The translations under genes were made by a program, and so were the position numbers. DNA of 64,000 bases from an uncultured bacterium (lineage in GTDB: Bacteria; Omnitrophota; Gorgyraeia; Duberdicusellales; CBEUCJ01): the NCBI GenBank assembly GCA_965541615.1, contig CBEUCJ010000005.1, positions 110,251 through 174,250 of the forward strand, in the 5' to 3' direction. Below the pieces are notes generated by a model. It was not told the origin of the DNA. It worked only from the letters and a program-made list of their open reading frames with translations, and ran no database searches. Shown piece after piece: positions 10,005-20,299 of this stretch. Position 1 is the first letter of the stretch. Each line of letters starts with the position of its first letter.

Positions 10005-11912
10005 TCATTTTATATTAATCACATCTAAAATTAAAGCTACTCTTCCATCACCCAAAATTGTAGCACCTGCTATACCTTTTATTTTTTTTATATATGCACC
10101 TAAAGGTTTTACTACTATATCTTGTTCTCCTATTATTTCATCTACTACTAAACCTATTCTTTTTATTCTGCTTTCAACTATTACTACAGAAAGCTCCTTT
10201 CTTTCAGTAGAAAAACCTATTCCAAATTCTTCATTTAGATTAACTAAAGGTATAACTTCTTCTCTTAAAGTTATTACTTTATTGGCACCGATTAATTTTA
10301 CATTATCTTTAGGGATCTTTATTACTTCTTTTATGTTCATCAAAGGAATAGCATAAACCTCTTTACCGACACCTACCAGCATAGCTTTTATAATAGCTAA
10401 AGTTAAAGGTAAAGTAAGCTGAAATTTAGAACCTTTTCCTGGTTGAGTTTCTAAGTCTATCCTTCCTCCTAAAGCATCTAACTTTGCCTTTACCACATCT
10501 AAACCTACTCCTCTTCCTGAGACATCAGTGACCTTTTCTTTTGTAGAAAACCCAGGCATAGTTAATATTTCTAAAATTTGAGAAGGTTCTATTTTTAAAG
10601 CTTCTTCTTGGGTAATCAAACCTTTTTCAACAGCTTTTTCTATTACTTTTTTGAAATCTATTCCTCTACCATCATCACTGATTTCTATTATTACATGCCC
10701 CTTTTCTCTCCAAACTTTTATAGAGATCTTTCCCCTAGAAGGTTTTCCCTTCTTAATTCTTTCAGAAGGAGGTTCTATTCCGTGATCGATAGCATTTCTT
10801 ATTAAATGGACTAAAGGGTCTCCAATCTCATCTAAAATAGCTCTATCTAACTCTATGTCACTTCCTGCAATCTCTAAATCTACCTCCTTTCCTTCTTTTT
10901 TTGCCAAATCTCTAACTATCCTGGGGAAATTATCTAATATGTAAGAGATAGGTAACAATCTCATTTTTAAAGTCTCATCCTGTAAAGAAGATACTAATCT
11001 ATCTACTAAATAGACTGAATCTTCTAATAAAGAGTAATCTCTGTCTTGAGTAATTTGAATTAACCTACTTTTAGCAATAGCTAACTCTCCTACAAGATTT
11101 AAAATCTTATCTAACCTTTCTACAGGTATCCTCATACTTTGAATCTTCTTAAATTGAACTACAGAAGGTCTTTCTTTTTCAGTTATCTTTTCTTCATAAT
11201 GAAAAATTTTTATATCTTCTACATCAGTTATTTTTAAAAGTTTACTTTTAATAAAATCTTCTTTTAAAGAGGTAGCTATAATCACTTTAAAAGGAAATTC
11301 TACTTTACCCTCTTTTAAAGCTTCTTTGGAAGGAATGCTTTTTATCACTTCTCCTAAAACTTTAAGATGATTTAAGATAATAAAAGCTCTAGCACTTTTT
11401 AAAGGAGTATCTTTCTTCAAATACACTTCTACAAGAAATATATTTTTCCCTTTATTTTTAAACCTTAGTAATTGCTCTTTGCTTATTATTCTTGTCTCTT
11501 TTTCTAACTTTTTTTCTTTTTCTCTCTTTTCTACTTTAGAAATAGCTTCTTTAAGTTTAGTTATATAGAGAGAAGTATCTACAGAAATAGGAGCTTCTTT
11601 TTTTAAGTCTTCTATAAGGGTGCTTATAACATCTACACTCTCAAATATCAAATCTATCATTTGGGAAGTTAGATTTGCTTTTTTTGATCTTAAAATATCA
11701 AAAATATCTTCTAAATGGTGAGCTAAATCTGCTAATTCTTTATATCCCATGGTAGCAGACATTCCTTTTAAAGTATGCATTAATCTGAATATCTCATTTA
11801 TGGTCTCCAAATCCGAAGGATTTTTCTCTAACTTTACAAGTTCTTTGTTTATCTTTTTTAAATACTCCTGAGACTCACTGAAAAATAATTCTTTGTAATT
11901 TTTATCCATCAT
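10005..11912 (-). CDS. cheA: Chemotaxis histidine kinase CheA
   Basis: Hpt motif FRLMHTLKGMSATMG, P2, dimerisation domain, HLIRNAIDHGIE, DDGRG, SGRGVGLDVV and a C-terminal CheW domain. Confidence 0.96.
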   Translation of the reverse strand: MMDKNYKELFFSESQEYLKKINKELVKLEKNPSDLETINEIFRLMHTLKGMSATMGYKELADLAHHLEDIFDILRSKKANLTSQMIDLIFESVDVISTLIEDLKKEAPISVDTSLYITKLKEAISKVEKREKEKKLEKETRIISKEQLLRFKNKGKNIFLVEVYLKKDTPLKSARAFIILNHLKVLGEVIKSIPSKEALKEGKVEFPFKVIIATSLKEDFIKSKLLKITDVEDIKIFHYEEKITEKERPSVVQFKKIQSMRIPVERLDKILNLVGELAIAKSRLIQITQDRDYSLLEDSVYLVDRLVSSLQDETLKMRLLPISYILDNFPRIVRDLAKKEGKEVDLEIAGSDIELDRAILDEIGDPLVHLIRNAIDHGIEPPSERIKKGKPSRGKISIKVWREKGHVIIEISDDGRGIDFKKVIEKAVEKGLITQEEALKIEPSQILEILTMPGFSTKEKVTDVSGRGVGLDVVKAKLDALGGRIDLETQPGKGSKFQLTLPLTLAIIKAMLVGVGKEVYAIPLMNIKEVIKIPKDNVKLIGANKVITLREEVIPLVNLNEEFGIGFSTERKELSVVIVESRIKRIGLVVDEIIGEQDIVVKPLGAYIKKIKGIAGATILGDGRVALILDVINIK

Positions 11913-12523
11913 TAATACTCTATTGCTTTTAGGAGGAGTTCTAAGCCTGTAGGATTTGGTATGAGGAAGAAATGACCTGTTACTTTGGTCGTCTCTTCTT
12001 TAAATTCAGATTTTATAAGAAGAGCATACTTAGAGACATGGCTAAGTTCTATTAATATGTAATCTATCATAGCAGTAGCCATATCCTCTATTAACTCTGG
12101 AACTGCAGGCACCAAACCAAATCTTACAAACACAGATAAAGCTCCCATGTAAGCATTAGCTAAAATGATTCCTATTTCTTTTAAAGCTGACCGCTCTAAT
12201 TCAGTTATTACTCCTCCATTGGAAGGTTTTTTGTTAGTCATTAAAGAAGCTAAATTCAAAGCATCTTTCTGAGAAAAAATAAGCAAAATAACACTTGGTA
12301 AATCTCCTAAGATTCTTACTACTAATCCTACGACTAATTTATCTTCACCTACTACTTGGGGAACTCTTTCTATAGGAAGAAAATAAACTTCAGGTACAGT
12401 TATTTCAACTTTTTTGTTTACTAATTGACTTAAAGCTGTAGCTGCATTTCCTGCACATATGCTTCCAATTTCTTTTAAAGCATCCTTTTGAAATTGATTT
12501 ATGTTGAATATCTTGTCATTCAT
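11912..12523 (-). CDS. cheC: Chemotaxis phosphatase CheC
   Basis: DALKEIGSICAGNAATALSQL and SALKEIGIIL motifs. Confidence 0.88.
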   Translation of the reverse strand: MNDKIFNINQFQKDALKEIGSICAGNAATALSQLVNKKVEITVPEVYFLPIERVPQVVGEDKLVVGLVVRILGDLPSVILLIFSQKDALNLASLMTNKKPSNGGVITELERSALKEIGIILANAYMGALSVFVRFGLVPAVPELIEDMATAMIDYILIELSHVSKYALLIKSEFKEETTKVTGHFFLIPNPTGLELLLKAIEY

Positions 12524-12972
12524 ACTTTAAGAATAAAAGCTTCTTCTTTACACTCAGGAAAATAAACACAGTTTACACATTCACTCCAAATTTTTTGAGG
12601 AAGTTTTGTTTTTCTTATTTTTTTAAATCCTATTTTTTTAAAAAAATCTCCTATAAAAGTGAGCACAAAGATCTTTTTAACACCTAATTCCTTTGCTTCA
12701 TTAATGCAGGCTTTAACTAATTGTCTTCCTATACCTTTATTTTGATGATTTTTTTTCACTACCAATGATTTGATCTCAGCTAAATCTTGCCATCCTATTA
12801 TATGCAAAGCGCATGCGCCTATAATTTTTTTGTTCTTCTCATAAACCCAAAAATCTCTTATATTTTCATATATGTAGTTAAGAGATCTTTCTAATACTCT
12901 TTTTCTCTTTGCCCAGAAATTTATAAGAGAATAAATTTCTTCTGCATCTTTGAGTTTAGCTTTTCTTAACAT
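12520..12972 (-). CDS. GNAT acetyltransferase, short ArgA (N-acetylglutamate synthase)-like
   Basis: RSLNYIYENIRDF, LAEIKSLVV, GIGRQLV, FVLT and LPQKIWSECVNC motifs. Confidence 0.8.
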   Translation of the reverse strand: MLRKAKLKDAEEIYSLINFWAKRKRVLERSLNYIYENIRDFWVYEKNKKIIGACALHIIGWQDLAEIKSLVVKKNHQNKGIGRQLVKACINEAKELGVKKIFVLTFIGDFFKKIGFKKIRKTKLPQKIWSECVNCVYFPECKEEAFILKV

Positions 12973-12981
12973 AAGAAAATT

Positions 12982-13449
12982 TTACTGTGAAAGATTGGTC
13001 CTTTTAACTTCCTCTACCTCTTCTGGAGATAAAACTTTTGCTAAGTCAATAAGGATGAGGAGTCTATCATCCAATTTTCCTATTCCTTTTAAATACTCTT
13101 GCTTTATTTGTGTAGCTATAACTTCAGGTGTCTCTTTTACATTCTCTGAAGGAAGTTTTAATACTTCTGTGACTTCATCTACTATCATTCCTACAGTATT
13201 ATTATCTACTTCTACAACGATGATCCTTGTTTTCTCTGAACGAGGATTTGATTTTAGATTTAGTTTTTTTGCTAAATCTATTACTGCTAAAACTTGCCCT
13301 CTTAGATTTACGACTCCTTCAATAAATGAAGGAGCACGTGGAATAGGTGTAATTTGTATTAATCTTACAATCTCTCTTACTTGATTGATAGGGACACCAA
13401 ACTCTTCATTACCTATTTTAAATATAACTAATTGTAATTCTTCCTTCAT
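12982..13449 (-). CDS. cheW: Chemotaxis coupling protein CheW
   Basis: EEFGVPINQVREI, IEGVVNLRGQV and GMIVDEVTEV motifs. Confidence 0.95.
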   Translation of the reverse strand: MKEELQLVIFKIGNEEFGVPINQVREIVRLIQITPIPRAPSFIEGVVNLRGQVLAVIDLAKKLNLKSNPRSEKTRIIVVEVDNNTVGMIVDEVTEVLKLPSENVKETPEVIATQIKQEYLKGIGKLDDRLLILIDLAKVLSPEEVEEVKRTNLSQ

Positions 13450-13489
13450 TTCTTACTTCCTCCCTATTAAAAAAGTTTTCAAACCTTTC

Positions 13490-13676
13490 TCTTTTAACTC
13501 CTTCTATTTTTTCACCTCCTTTTTCAAACTCCAAATCCCCCAAAGAACCTGTTCCTATTTGAGAAGTTTTTTTCTTTAAAAGTTTTAAAAAAATCTTCTT
13601 TACTCATCTACTCATTACCTTCTGCATGAAGAATACTTAACACTTTAGGCATATAACCTATCATTAAAACTCTTAT
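13490..13676 (-). pseudogene. Degraded partial copy of the lipoprotein gene at 21544-21954
   Basis: Reads MIGYMPKV-LSILHAEGNE*MSKEDF/KLLKKKTSQIGTGSLGDLEFEKGGEKIE, versus MIGCVPKV...VLGVIQVEGNEWMSKEDFLKLLKRKASQIGADALMDLEFEKGGKKLE in the intact gene. It carries a TGG>TAG stop, a frameshift and deletions. Confidence 0.8.
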
Positions 13677-13690
13677 AATCTTTTTAAAAA

Positions 13691-13719
13691 ATTATCTCAA
13701 AATATTTTTCAATGGTCAA
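13691..13719 (-). promoter_or_regulatory. sigma70-like promoter upstream of the pseudogene and cheW operon
   Basis: TTGACC-17bp-GATAAT with a TG extension. It is near-identical to 21972-22000. Confidence 0.65.
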
Positions 13720-13796
13720 GAATTTTAAATTATTAATGCTCCTTCCAAAAACATTAGTTTAATGTACTTTAACTCAGGAAATTTTTAAAAGCGAAT

Positions 13797-15449
13797 TTAT
13801 TCACTTTCTTTCAATTTAAATTTAGCTACACTTTCTTTCAATTCTGCTGCCAAACGGGCAAGATCTGTTGCTGAAGCAGTCATCTCTTCTATAGAAGCAC
13901 TTTGCTCCTCAATAGATGAAGAGGTTTGTTGAGCTGCACTAGCTGATTCTTCCGCTATACTAGCAACTTCCCCAACAGCAGTTTCTATTCTTTCCATTGA
14001 CTTAAGTTGCTGCTGACTGGCAACAGCAATTTCATTTATCATTGCTGTAATATGCTCCACTGAATCAATTATTTCATCCAGAGCTTGAGAGGCTTTATCT
14101 ACTGCATTCTTCCCTTCAGCAACCTCTTTAGAACCTGCCTCAGCTGAAGTCACTGCTTCTTGGGTCATAGCTTGTATATTCCTAATCAAGTTACTTATTT
14201 TTCCTGCTGCCTTGGCAGAACCTTCCGCCAGCTTTCGAATCTCCTCTGCTACAACTGCAAATCCACGTCCTGCCTCTCCTGCTCTTGCCGCCTCAATTGC
14301 AGCATTTAAGGCTAAAAGATTAGTCTGATCAGCGATAGAAACAACTGTTTCGTTAATCTCACTAATCTGCTGAGATTGTTGGTTCAAACTCTTAATTACT
14401 TCTGTAGTATTATTAACCACTTTAACGATCTCCTCCATTCTCTTAATAGTATCAGTAGTTGCCTTTTTACCTTCCTGAGCTCGCGTCGATGCCTGGTTGG
14501 AAGCAGTTGCCGCTTGCTGAGCATTAGATGCGACTTGCTTCATTGAAACAGCTGCCTCCTGAACAATTTTGGATATCTCCTCTGTCTTCTGTGCCTGAAC
14601 AGTTACCCCTTTCGATATTTGCTGAATACTATTGGTTATCTGCTGAGCAGAAGCATTTACTTCTTGGCTGGAACTGGAAAGCTCCTGGGAGGAAGTAGCT
14701 ACCTTATCAGCACTATTGCGAATTCGTAAAACCATATTATGTGTAGATTCAATAATTCCATTAAATGCCTCAGCTAACTTTCCAATTTCATCATGGCTGG
14801 TAACTTTTATCTTTCTTGTAAGATCAGCAGCCTGAGAAGCAATCTCCCTTGCAGTCTCGGTAATCACAGAAAGAGGTTTAACTAATAAAGTGGTAAAGAA
14901 AAAGATAAGCAAAGTCCCGATAATAATAATAACTATTCCCACCACAGTCAGATTTCTTATCAAGGCAGCGCGAGGTTCAGCTAAGAAATCATCTTCAAAA
15001 GCACTGGCAACAATAATCCAATCAAAATCTTTAAGATATTTATAACTGGCTATTTTATAAGTGTGCGTTTTGGGAGAAATATATCTTATCCTTCCTTCTT
15101 TCTTGGTAATAATCTCCTTAATATGTGGCTTATCTGCCCAATTCTCTCCCTGTGCTTTCTTATGTATTAATAAGTTCCCTTTTGAATCTACTATAAAAAT
15201 AAACCCTTGTTTTCCTATAACTATATCTTCATTACACAGCTTCTCAATTACATCATAATCCATATCTGGATTAGCTTTCAAAAAAGTATAAAATTGTTGC
15301 ACATAACTATCCAAGTCAGCTCTAACTGCTTCAAGAAGTGAACGTCGAGCAATGTTATAAGCAAACAATCCCACAATTAAAACAGCAACTATCAAAAGAG
15401 GAACAAATATGACTATCATCTTACTACGCACAGAATTCATTATTCTCAT
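13797..15449 (-). CDS. Methyl-accepting chemotaxis protein (Cache sensor, HAMP)
   Basis: Two TM helices, Cache motif [19 protein letters not shown] motif [11 protein letters not shown] and signalling motif [32 protein letters not shown]. Confidence 0.95.
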   Translation of the reverse strand: MRIMNSVRSKMIVIFVPLLIVAVLIVGLFAYNIARRSLLEAVRADLDSYVQQFYTFLKANPDMDYDVIEKLCNEDIVIGKQGFIFIVDSKGNLLIHKKAQGENWADKPHIKEIITKKEGRIRYISPKTHTYKIASYKYLKDFDWIIVASAFEDDFLAEPRAALIRNLTVVGIVIIIIGTLLIFFFTTLLVKPLSVITETAREIASQAADLTRKIKVTSHDEIGKLAEAFNGIIESTHNMVLRIRNSADKVATSSQELSSSSQEVNASAQQITNSIQQISKGVTVQAQKTEEISKIVQEAAVSMKQVASNAQQAATASNQASTRAQEGKKATTDTIKRMEEIVKVVNNTTEVIKSLNQQSQQISEINETVVSIADQTNLLALNAAIEAARAGEAGRGFAVVAEEIRKLAEGSAKAAGKISNLIRNIQAMTQEAVTSAEAGSKEVAEGKNAVDKASQALDEIIDSVEHITAMINEIAVASQQQLKSMERIETAVGEVASIAEESASAAQQTSSSIEEQSASIEEMTASATDLARLAAELKESVAKFKLKESE

Positions 15450-15548
15450 AATCCCCTCCTTTTTAATCTATTTCCCAATATATACAACCAAAAATTTCCT
15501 TTCACAAATTTTGCATACAAATTCAATCTTTCTTATCAATAACAAATT

Positions 15549-17246
15549 TTATAATTCCTCCTCTCCTTTTACATAACTTACTGTAGGTAAACCTGCCTTC
15601 TTCCATGCATCTAATCCTCCCCGGATATAGGTTACATTTTTATAGCCCATCTCTTTTAATATTTTAGCAACAAGAATCGCTCTTTTTCCTGAAGAACAGG
15701 TAACGATTATTGGCGTTCGAGCATCATGAACTTTCTTTTTGATGTTAAAAGGAACTTTTCCTTGTTCAAGTAATAAGGAACCTTCAATTTTACCCAGGAG
15801 GGTATGTTCTATTGGTGTAGAAACATCAAGAATAACTGTGTTGGGGTCTTTATCTATTCTTTCTTTTGCCTCAAGAGGAGTTATTCCTTCACCTGCAACA
15901 GTTTTCGCTTCTTTTAAAAAGTCCTCAGGCGTTTTTCCCTGAGGTATATCTATTTTGTAATAGTAAGGAGAGATTATCACAGGATAACCTGCTTTTTTCC
16001 ATGCTGATATTCCTCCCTCTAAATATCTCACATTAGTATAACCCATCTGAACAAGATAACTACCTGCTATGGCTGCTCTCATTCCTTTTTCGCAATAGGT
16101 TATAATGGGGGTATTCTTGTTGGGAATTCTAGTCCTTGCATCAAAAATCAATCTGCCCAGAGGTATATCCAAACTTCCTTCAATAAACCCACTTTTATAC
16201 TCTGAACGCCTACGCACATCTACAAAAATAGCCTCTTTATTATCAAACTTTTTCTTTGCCTCTTGCACAGAGATACCCCTAACATATCTTTTAGCTTCAT
16301 TGGCGAAATCTTCACCCGTTTTGCCCTGAGGGGGTTCAACTTGAAGAAGATTTAGGGGCTTAATCTTTCTTTCCTCACCAGGCTCATATTTTTCTAAAGG
16401 TAAACCCGCCTTCTTCCATGCATCTAATCCTCCCCGGATATAGGTTACATTTTTATAGCCCATCTCTTTTAATACTTTAGCAATGAGAAGTCCTCTTTTA
16501 CCTTTTGTACAGGTAGTAATTATGGGGGTATTGGCATCAGGAAAATTTTTCTTCATAAAATCTGTAAAAACAATTTCTCCATAAGAAGTAATCACAGCTC
16601 CAGGAATTTTAAAGCCTCTTATAGCATGTTCTCTCCTTGTAGCCACATCAAGAATAACTGTATTGGGGTCTTTATCTATTCTTTCTTTTGCCTCAAGAGG
16701 AGTTATTCCTTTGCCTACAACAGCTTCTGCTTCTTTTAAAAAGTCCTCAGGTGTTTTTCCCTGAGGCATATCGATTGTCCCTACAAAAGATGAATGCATA
16801 ATAGGATAACCTGCTCTTTTCCAACCTAATATTCCTTCCTTCATATATCTCACATTAGTATAACCCATCTGGACTAACTGTGCAGCAGCTATTGCCGACC
16901 TCTTTCCTTTTTTACAATAAGTTATAATAGGTGTATCCTTATTAGGAATTCTGAAGCGAGCATCAAAAATTACTCTTCCTGCAGGTAAGTCCAATCTTCG
17001 AAATAAATATCCATACTTAGCATACTCAGTATAAGGTCTTACATCAACAAAAAGGACAGTTTTATCTTTATCATATATTTGTTTTGCCTCTTCCACAGAT
17101 ATACCCTGAACATATCTTTTGGCTTCATTAACATAATCACTTCCTGATTTTCCTCGTGGTATCTCTACCTGAGCAAATAGGGAAATTAAGAAAAAACAAA
17201 GTGTAGTGATAATTAAACTGCTCAACACTATCTTCACTCTTCGCAT
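15549..17246 (-). CDS. Exported protein with four rhodanese domains
   Basis: Signal-peptide-like N-terminus and four repeats of DV....PIIT.C..G.R...GY.NV.Y..GG..W..AG.P. Confidence 0.9.
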   Translation of the reverse strand: MRRVKIVLSSLIITTLCFFLISLFAQVEIPRGKSGSDYVNEAKRYVQGISVEEAKQIYDKDKTVLFVDVRPYTEYAKYGYLFRRLDLPAGRVIFDARFRIPNKDTPIITYCKKGKRSAIAAAQLVQMGYTNVRYMKEGILGWKRAGYPIMHSSFVGTIDMPQGKTPEDFLKEAEAVVGKGITPLEAKERIDKDPNTVILDVATRREHAIRGFKIPGAVITSYGEIVFTDFMKKNFPDANTPIITTCTKGKRGLLIAKVLKEMGYKNVTYIRGGLDAWKKAGLPLEKYEPGEERKIKPLNLLQVEPPQGKTGEDFANEAKRYVRGISVQEAKKKFDNKEAIFVDVRRRSEYKSGFIEGSLDIPLGRLIFDARTRIPNKNTPIITYCEKGMRAAIAGSYLVQMGYTNVRYLEGGISAWKKAGYPVIISPYYYKIDIPQGKTPEDFLKEAKTVAGEGITPLEAKERIDKDPNTVILDVSTPIEHTLLGKIEGSLLLEQGKVPFNIKKKVHDARTPIIVTCSSGKRAILVAKILKEMGYKNVTYIRGGLDAWKKAGLPTVSYVKGEEEL

Positions 17247-17672
17247 CCTTCACCTCCCTTTTTCAAGAAAATAATATTAAACTTCTCTCTCTTTCTATTA
17301 TTCCTTTACCTGTCACCTCAACTCCTCGAAAATACTTCCGATAAACTCTATTTAAACTCTTTTCTTCCCAATTTACTAAACATAATTTAAACATATTAAA
17401 TCAATTATACTTTTTTTCCTACAATCATCAAACTATTAAATCAGGTACTATTAACAAAATTTTGAGTCAAAGTTCATTTTTCTTGCTGGCTTATCATCTC
17501 CTTCTTTTTAGAAAGATATAACCCTCTTTGCTTAGGCTGTCAAGAATTTATACAAAGTTATTTTACAATGCCTGAAATTAGGTCAGAAAGTAAAGGCATC
17601 TGATTTAATACCACCTAATCATTTAGGGAAATACATCTTTTAAAAGCTTTGCCTCTATTGGATTGGAGAGTT

Positions 17673-19646
17673 TTAGGTTTTTTCTTCTACTTTAAATCTT
17701 TTTAATAACTCTTCTAATTCAGAAGTAGTGCTAACTAATTCCTGTGAAATAGAAGTCATCTCTTCAATACTAGCTGTTATCTCCTCTACAGAACTACTCA
17801 CTTCTTCTACACTTGAAGCATTCTGTTCAGCAACACTGGTTATCTCTTCTGCAGCTTGACTAACTTCATGAGTACTGGCTAACTGAAATTCAGCAGATTT
17901 TGCTATTTCTTCTACTTGTTGGGCTGTTTTTTCTGCAGCTTTTAATATTCTTTCTAACATCTCTTTTACTCTTTCAATTACTTTTTTTCCTTCCTCTACT
18001 TCTTTGTAAGCACTCTCCACAGAATTAACAGCTTCTTTTGTCTCTGTTTGAATATTCCGAATTAACTCTACAATTTGAACAGCTGCTTGTGCTGAATTTT
18101 CAGCTAACTTTCTTACTTCTTCTGCTACGACTGCAAATCCACGACCTGCTTCTCCAGCACGGGCAGCTTCAATTGCTGCATTTAGAGCTAATAAATTTGT
18201 CTGATCAGCAATTTTAGTTATTGTTTCTACGATCCTGCTAATCTCTTGAGAACGTTCACCTAACTTTCCTACAATATTAGAAATATTTACAGCTGTGCTT
18301 ACAATCTTATCTATCTTTTCTGCAGCTTCTAAAGAATTCTGCATTCCTTTTTGAGCTAACTCTTTTGTTTGATGAGAGCTTTGAGCTCCTTGAGTAGCTA
18401 AATCTGTCATTTGTTTTATGGAATTGACCATCTTTCCTATCACTTCTTTTGCTTCTTCTACTCTCTTAACTTGGACATTTGCTCCTTGACTTATCTGTTG
18501 GATAGTAGTTGAAACCTGTTGAGTAGAAACATTTACCTGTTGAGCTGAAGCACTTGAATTTTGTGCAAAGTTATTAACTTTTTCTGTAGTCTTTCTTACT
18601 TCTTTGATTATTTCACTTAGACTCTCTATCATCTTATTAAAAGCTGAAGCTAATCTGCCAATCTCATCTTTAGATTTTATTCTTATTTTTTGAGTAAGGT
18701 CTGATGTGGAAGCTACATTAAAAGCAAACTTCTCTAATGAGAGTAAAGGTTTTACCAATCCTTGAGAAAAAATATACCCTACAAAAGCACTACCTATTCC
18801 TACTACTCCTAAGATCACTGTTAAAACGAACCTCATCCTTTTCTCACTATTTATTAAAGGTTCAGCACTAATGCCTATTGCTATCTCAAAAGGAGTTTCT
18901 GCCTCTTTTAGAGAATATGTGAAAGGAGAAAAGTGAAAGGGTCTTTCTTTTATAGTAAAAAATCTTGTAGCTTTTTTATTTATGACTTCATCATATATTC
19001 TTTCAGTAACTTTCGTTTCAAAGAAACTAGCACAAATTAACTCTTTTTTATAAAAAATAGCTAACTCACTAAGAGTAGCTTGAGAAATCTTTTTAACAAA
19101 TTCTTCATCTAAAAATTCTCCTATACAAATTACTCCTATTATTCCTCCAGCTGTTTTTAGAGGGGCTGCTCCTTTTAATAAATATACTCCTCTTTCTTTT
19201 TCTATACCTATACTTAATTTTCCTTCTAAAGCTTGCTTTATAACATTTTGATATCCTAAATTTTCACCTATACTCTCAACATCATCTGTTCTGACTAAGA
19301 CTTCACCATCTTTTTTAATAATCTGCAAAGTATCTAATCCAATCTGTTTGTAGTAAGGAAGTAAAAGTTCAATTAAAGGTTTTCTGTCCTTTGTGTTAAT
19401 CGTGTATGTTACTGCATCTTGAATTTCAGTAATTTCAGTAAGTAAGTTTAGGTAATTTGTTAATTTCCTTTCAAATTCTTTAAAGGTAGTCTCTAAATAT
19501 TCATGTGCTTTTTCAATCTCTCTTTCTTGCTGTTTAAGAAGAGTATGTTTTAATTCTTTAGAAAAAATAAAAAAAATGATAAGGAGAGGAATTATTGCTA
19601 CAATAACTAATAATAGACCAATCTTATTTTTGAAACTTCTAAACAT
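17673..19646 (-). CDS. Methyl-accepting chemotaxis protein (dCache-like sensor, HAMP)
   Basis: Two TM helices, [11 protein letters not shown] and the canonical [21 protein letters not shown] signalling hairpin. Confidence 0.95.
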   Translation of the reverse strand: MFRSFKNKIGLLLVIVAIIPLLIIFFIFSKELKHTLLKQQEREIEKAHEYLETTFKEFERKLTNYLNLLTEITEIQDAVTYTINTKDRKPLIELLLPYYKQIGLDTLQIIKKDGEVLVRTDDVESIGENLGYQNVIKQALEGKLSIGIEKERGVYLLKGAAPLKTAGGIIGVICIGEFLDEEFVKKISQATLSELAIFYKKELICASFFETKVTERIYDEVINKKATRFFTIKERPFHFSPFTYSLKEAETPFEIAIGISAEPLINSEKRMRFVLTVILGVVGIGSAFVGYIFSQGLVKPLLSLEKFAFNVASTSDLTQKIRIKSKDEIGRLASAFNKMIESLSEIIKEVRKTTEKVNNFAQNSSASAQQVNVSTQQVSTTIQQISQGANVQVKRVEEAKEVIGKMVNSIKQMTDLATQGAQSSHQTKELAQKGMQNSLEAAEKIDKIVSTAVNISNIVGKLGERSQEISRIVETITKIADQTNLLALNAAIEAARAGEAGRGFAVVAEEVRKLAENSAQAAVQIVELIRNIQTETKEAVNSVESAYKEVEEGKKVIERVKEMLERILKAAEKTAQQVEEIAKSAEFQLASTHEVSQAAEEITSVAEQNASSVEEVSSSVEEITASIEEMTSISQELVSTTSELEELLKRFKVEEKT

Positions 19647-19709
19647 AAAATAGCTCCCCTTTCCCCTCCTTATTAGAATTTATTTTTGATATTTAAAAAA
19701 ATTTCTTAA

Positions 19710-20285
19710 TTACTCGATCCCTAAAACAGCTTTACAGTCTTTCTCAATCTTAGAGAACTTTCCTTCAATAAAGATTGAATTTTTTTCTTCAATAGCTTTA
19801 GCTAAAAGACCTCCTAAAAGTTCAGTAAAACTTTTTCTTATATCTCTGTCCACCTTAAAATTTCTTTTTTTAACGGCAGGAGAAACTAAAAGATAATCAA
19901 GATAGGCAAATTTTAATGTTTCTTTCAATTGATACAATCCTTTTGTATTTAAATTATTTAGCACTTCACTAAAAACATCTTTAATATCATAAAAAATCAA
20001 AGTGTAGATTGCCTCTCTGATCTTTTCTACATCTTTTGTAGCGACTGCATCTTCTATGAGTGTCTTTAAATCTTTGTTAAATTTACTTTTTATAGCATTC
20101 AGAATCTCTTCTAAAAGAGAGAGTGATTTTAAAATTTTTTTATAATTTCCTTCTTCCAAATAGGAAAGCATCTGTTGATAAACATATACAGGAGAAACTA
20201 CTGCTTCTTTTCTATAATTTTGGCTAAACAAGGAGGGGGAAGAAAGGAACACAATTAATCCTGCTATTAGTATACACTTTTTCAT
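19710..20285 (-). CDS. Exported helical hypothetical protein
   Basis: Signal-peptide-like N-terminus and SD AGGAGG. No motif recognised. Confidence 0.75.
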   Translation of the reverse strand: MKKCILIAGLIVFLSSPSLFSQNYRKEAVVSPVYVYQQMLSYLEEGNYKKILKSLSLLEEILNAIKSKFNKDLKTLIEDAVATKDVEKIREAIYTLIFYDIKDVFSEVLNNLNTKGLYQLKETLKFAYLDYLLVSPAVKKRNFKVDRDIRKSFTELLGGLLAKAIEEKNSIFIEGKFSKIEKDCKAVLGIE

Positions 20286-20299
20286 TTTCCCCCTCCTTT

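Noticed and set aside
17247-17672. 426-bp intergenic region as a possible ncRNA or riboswitch
   Set aside because: Only weak promoter-like hexamers were seen, with no recognisable structured RNA motif.
14200-18220. Similar DNA in the two MCP genes
   Set aside because: Explained by the universally conserved MCP signalling hairpin.
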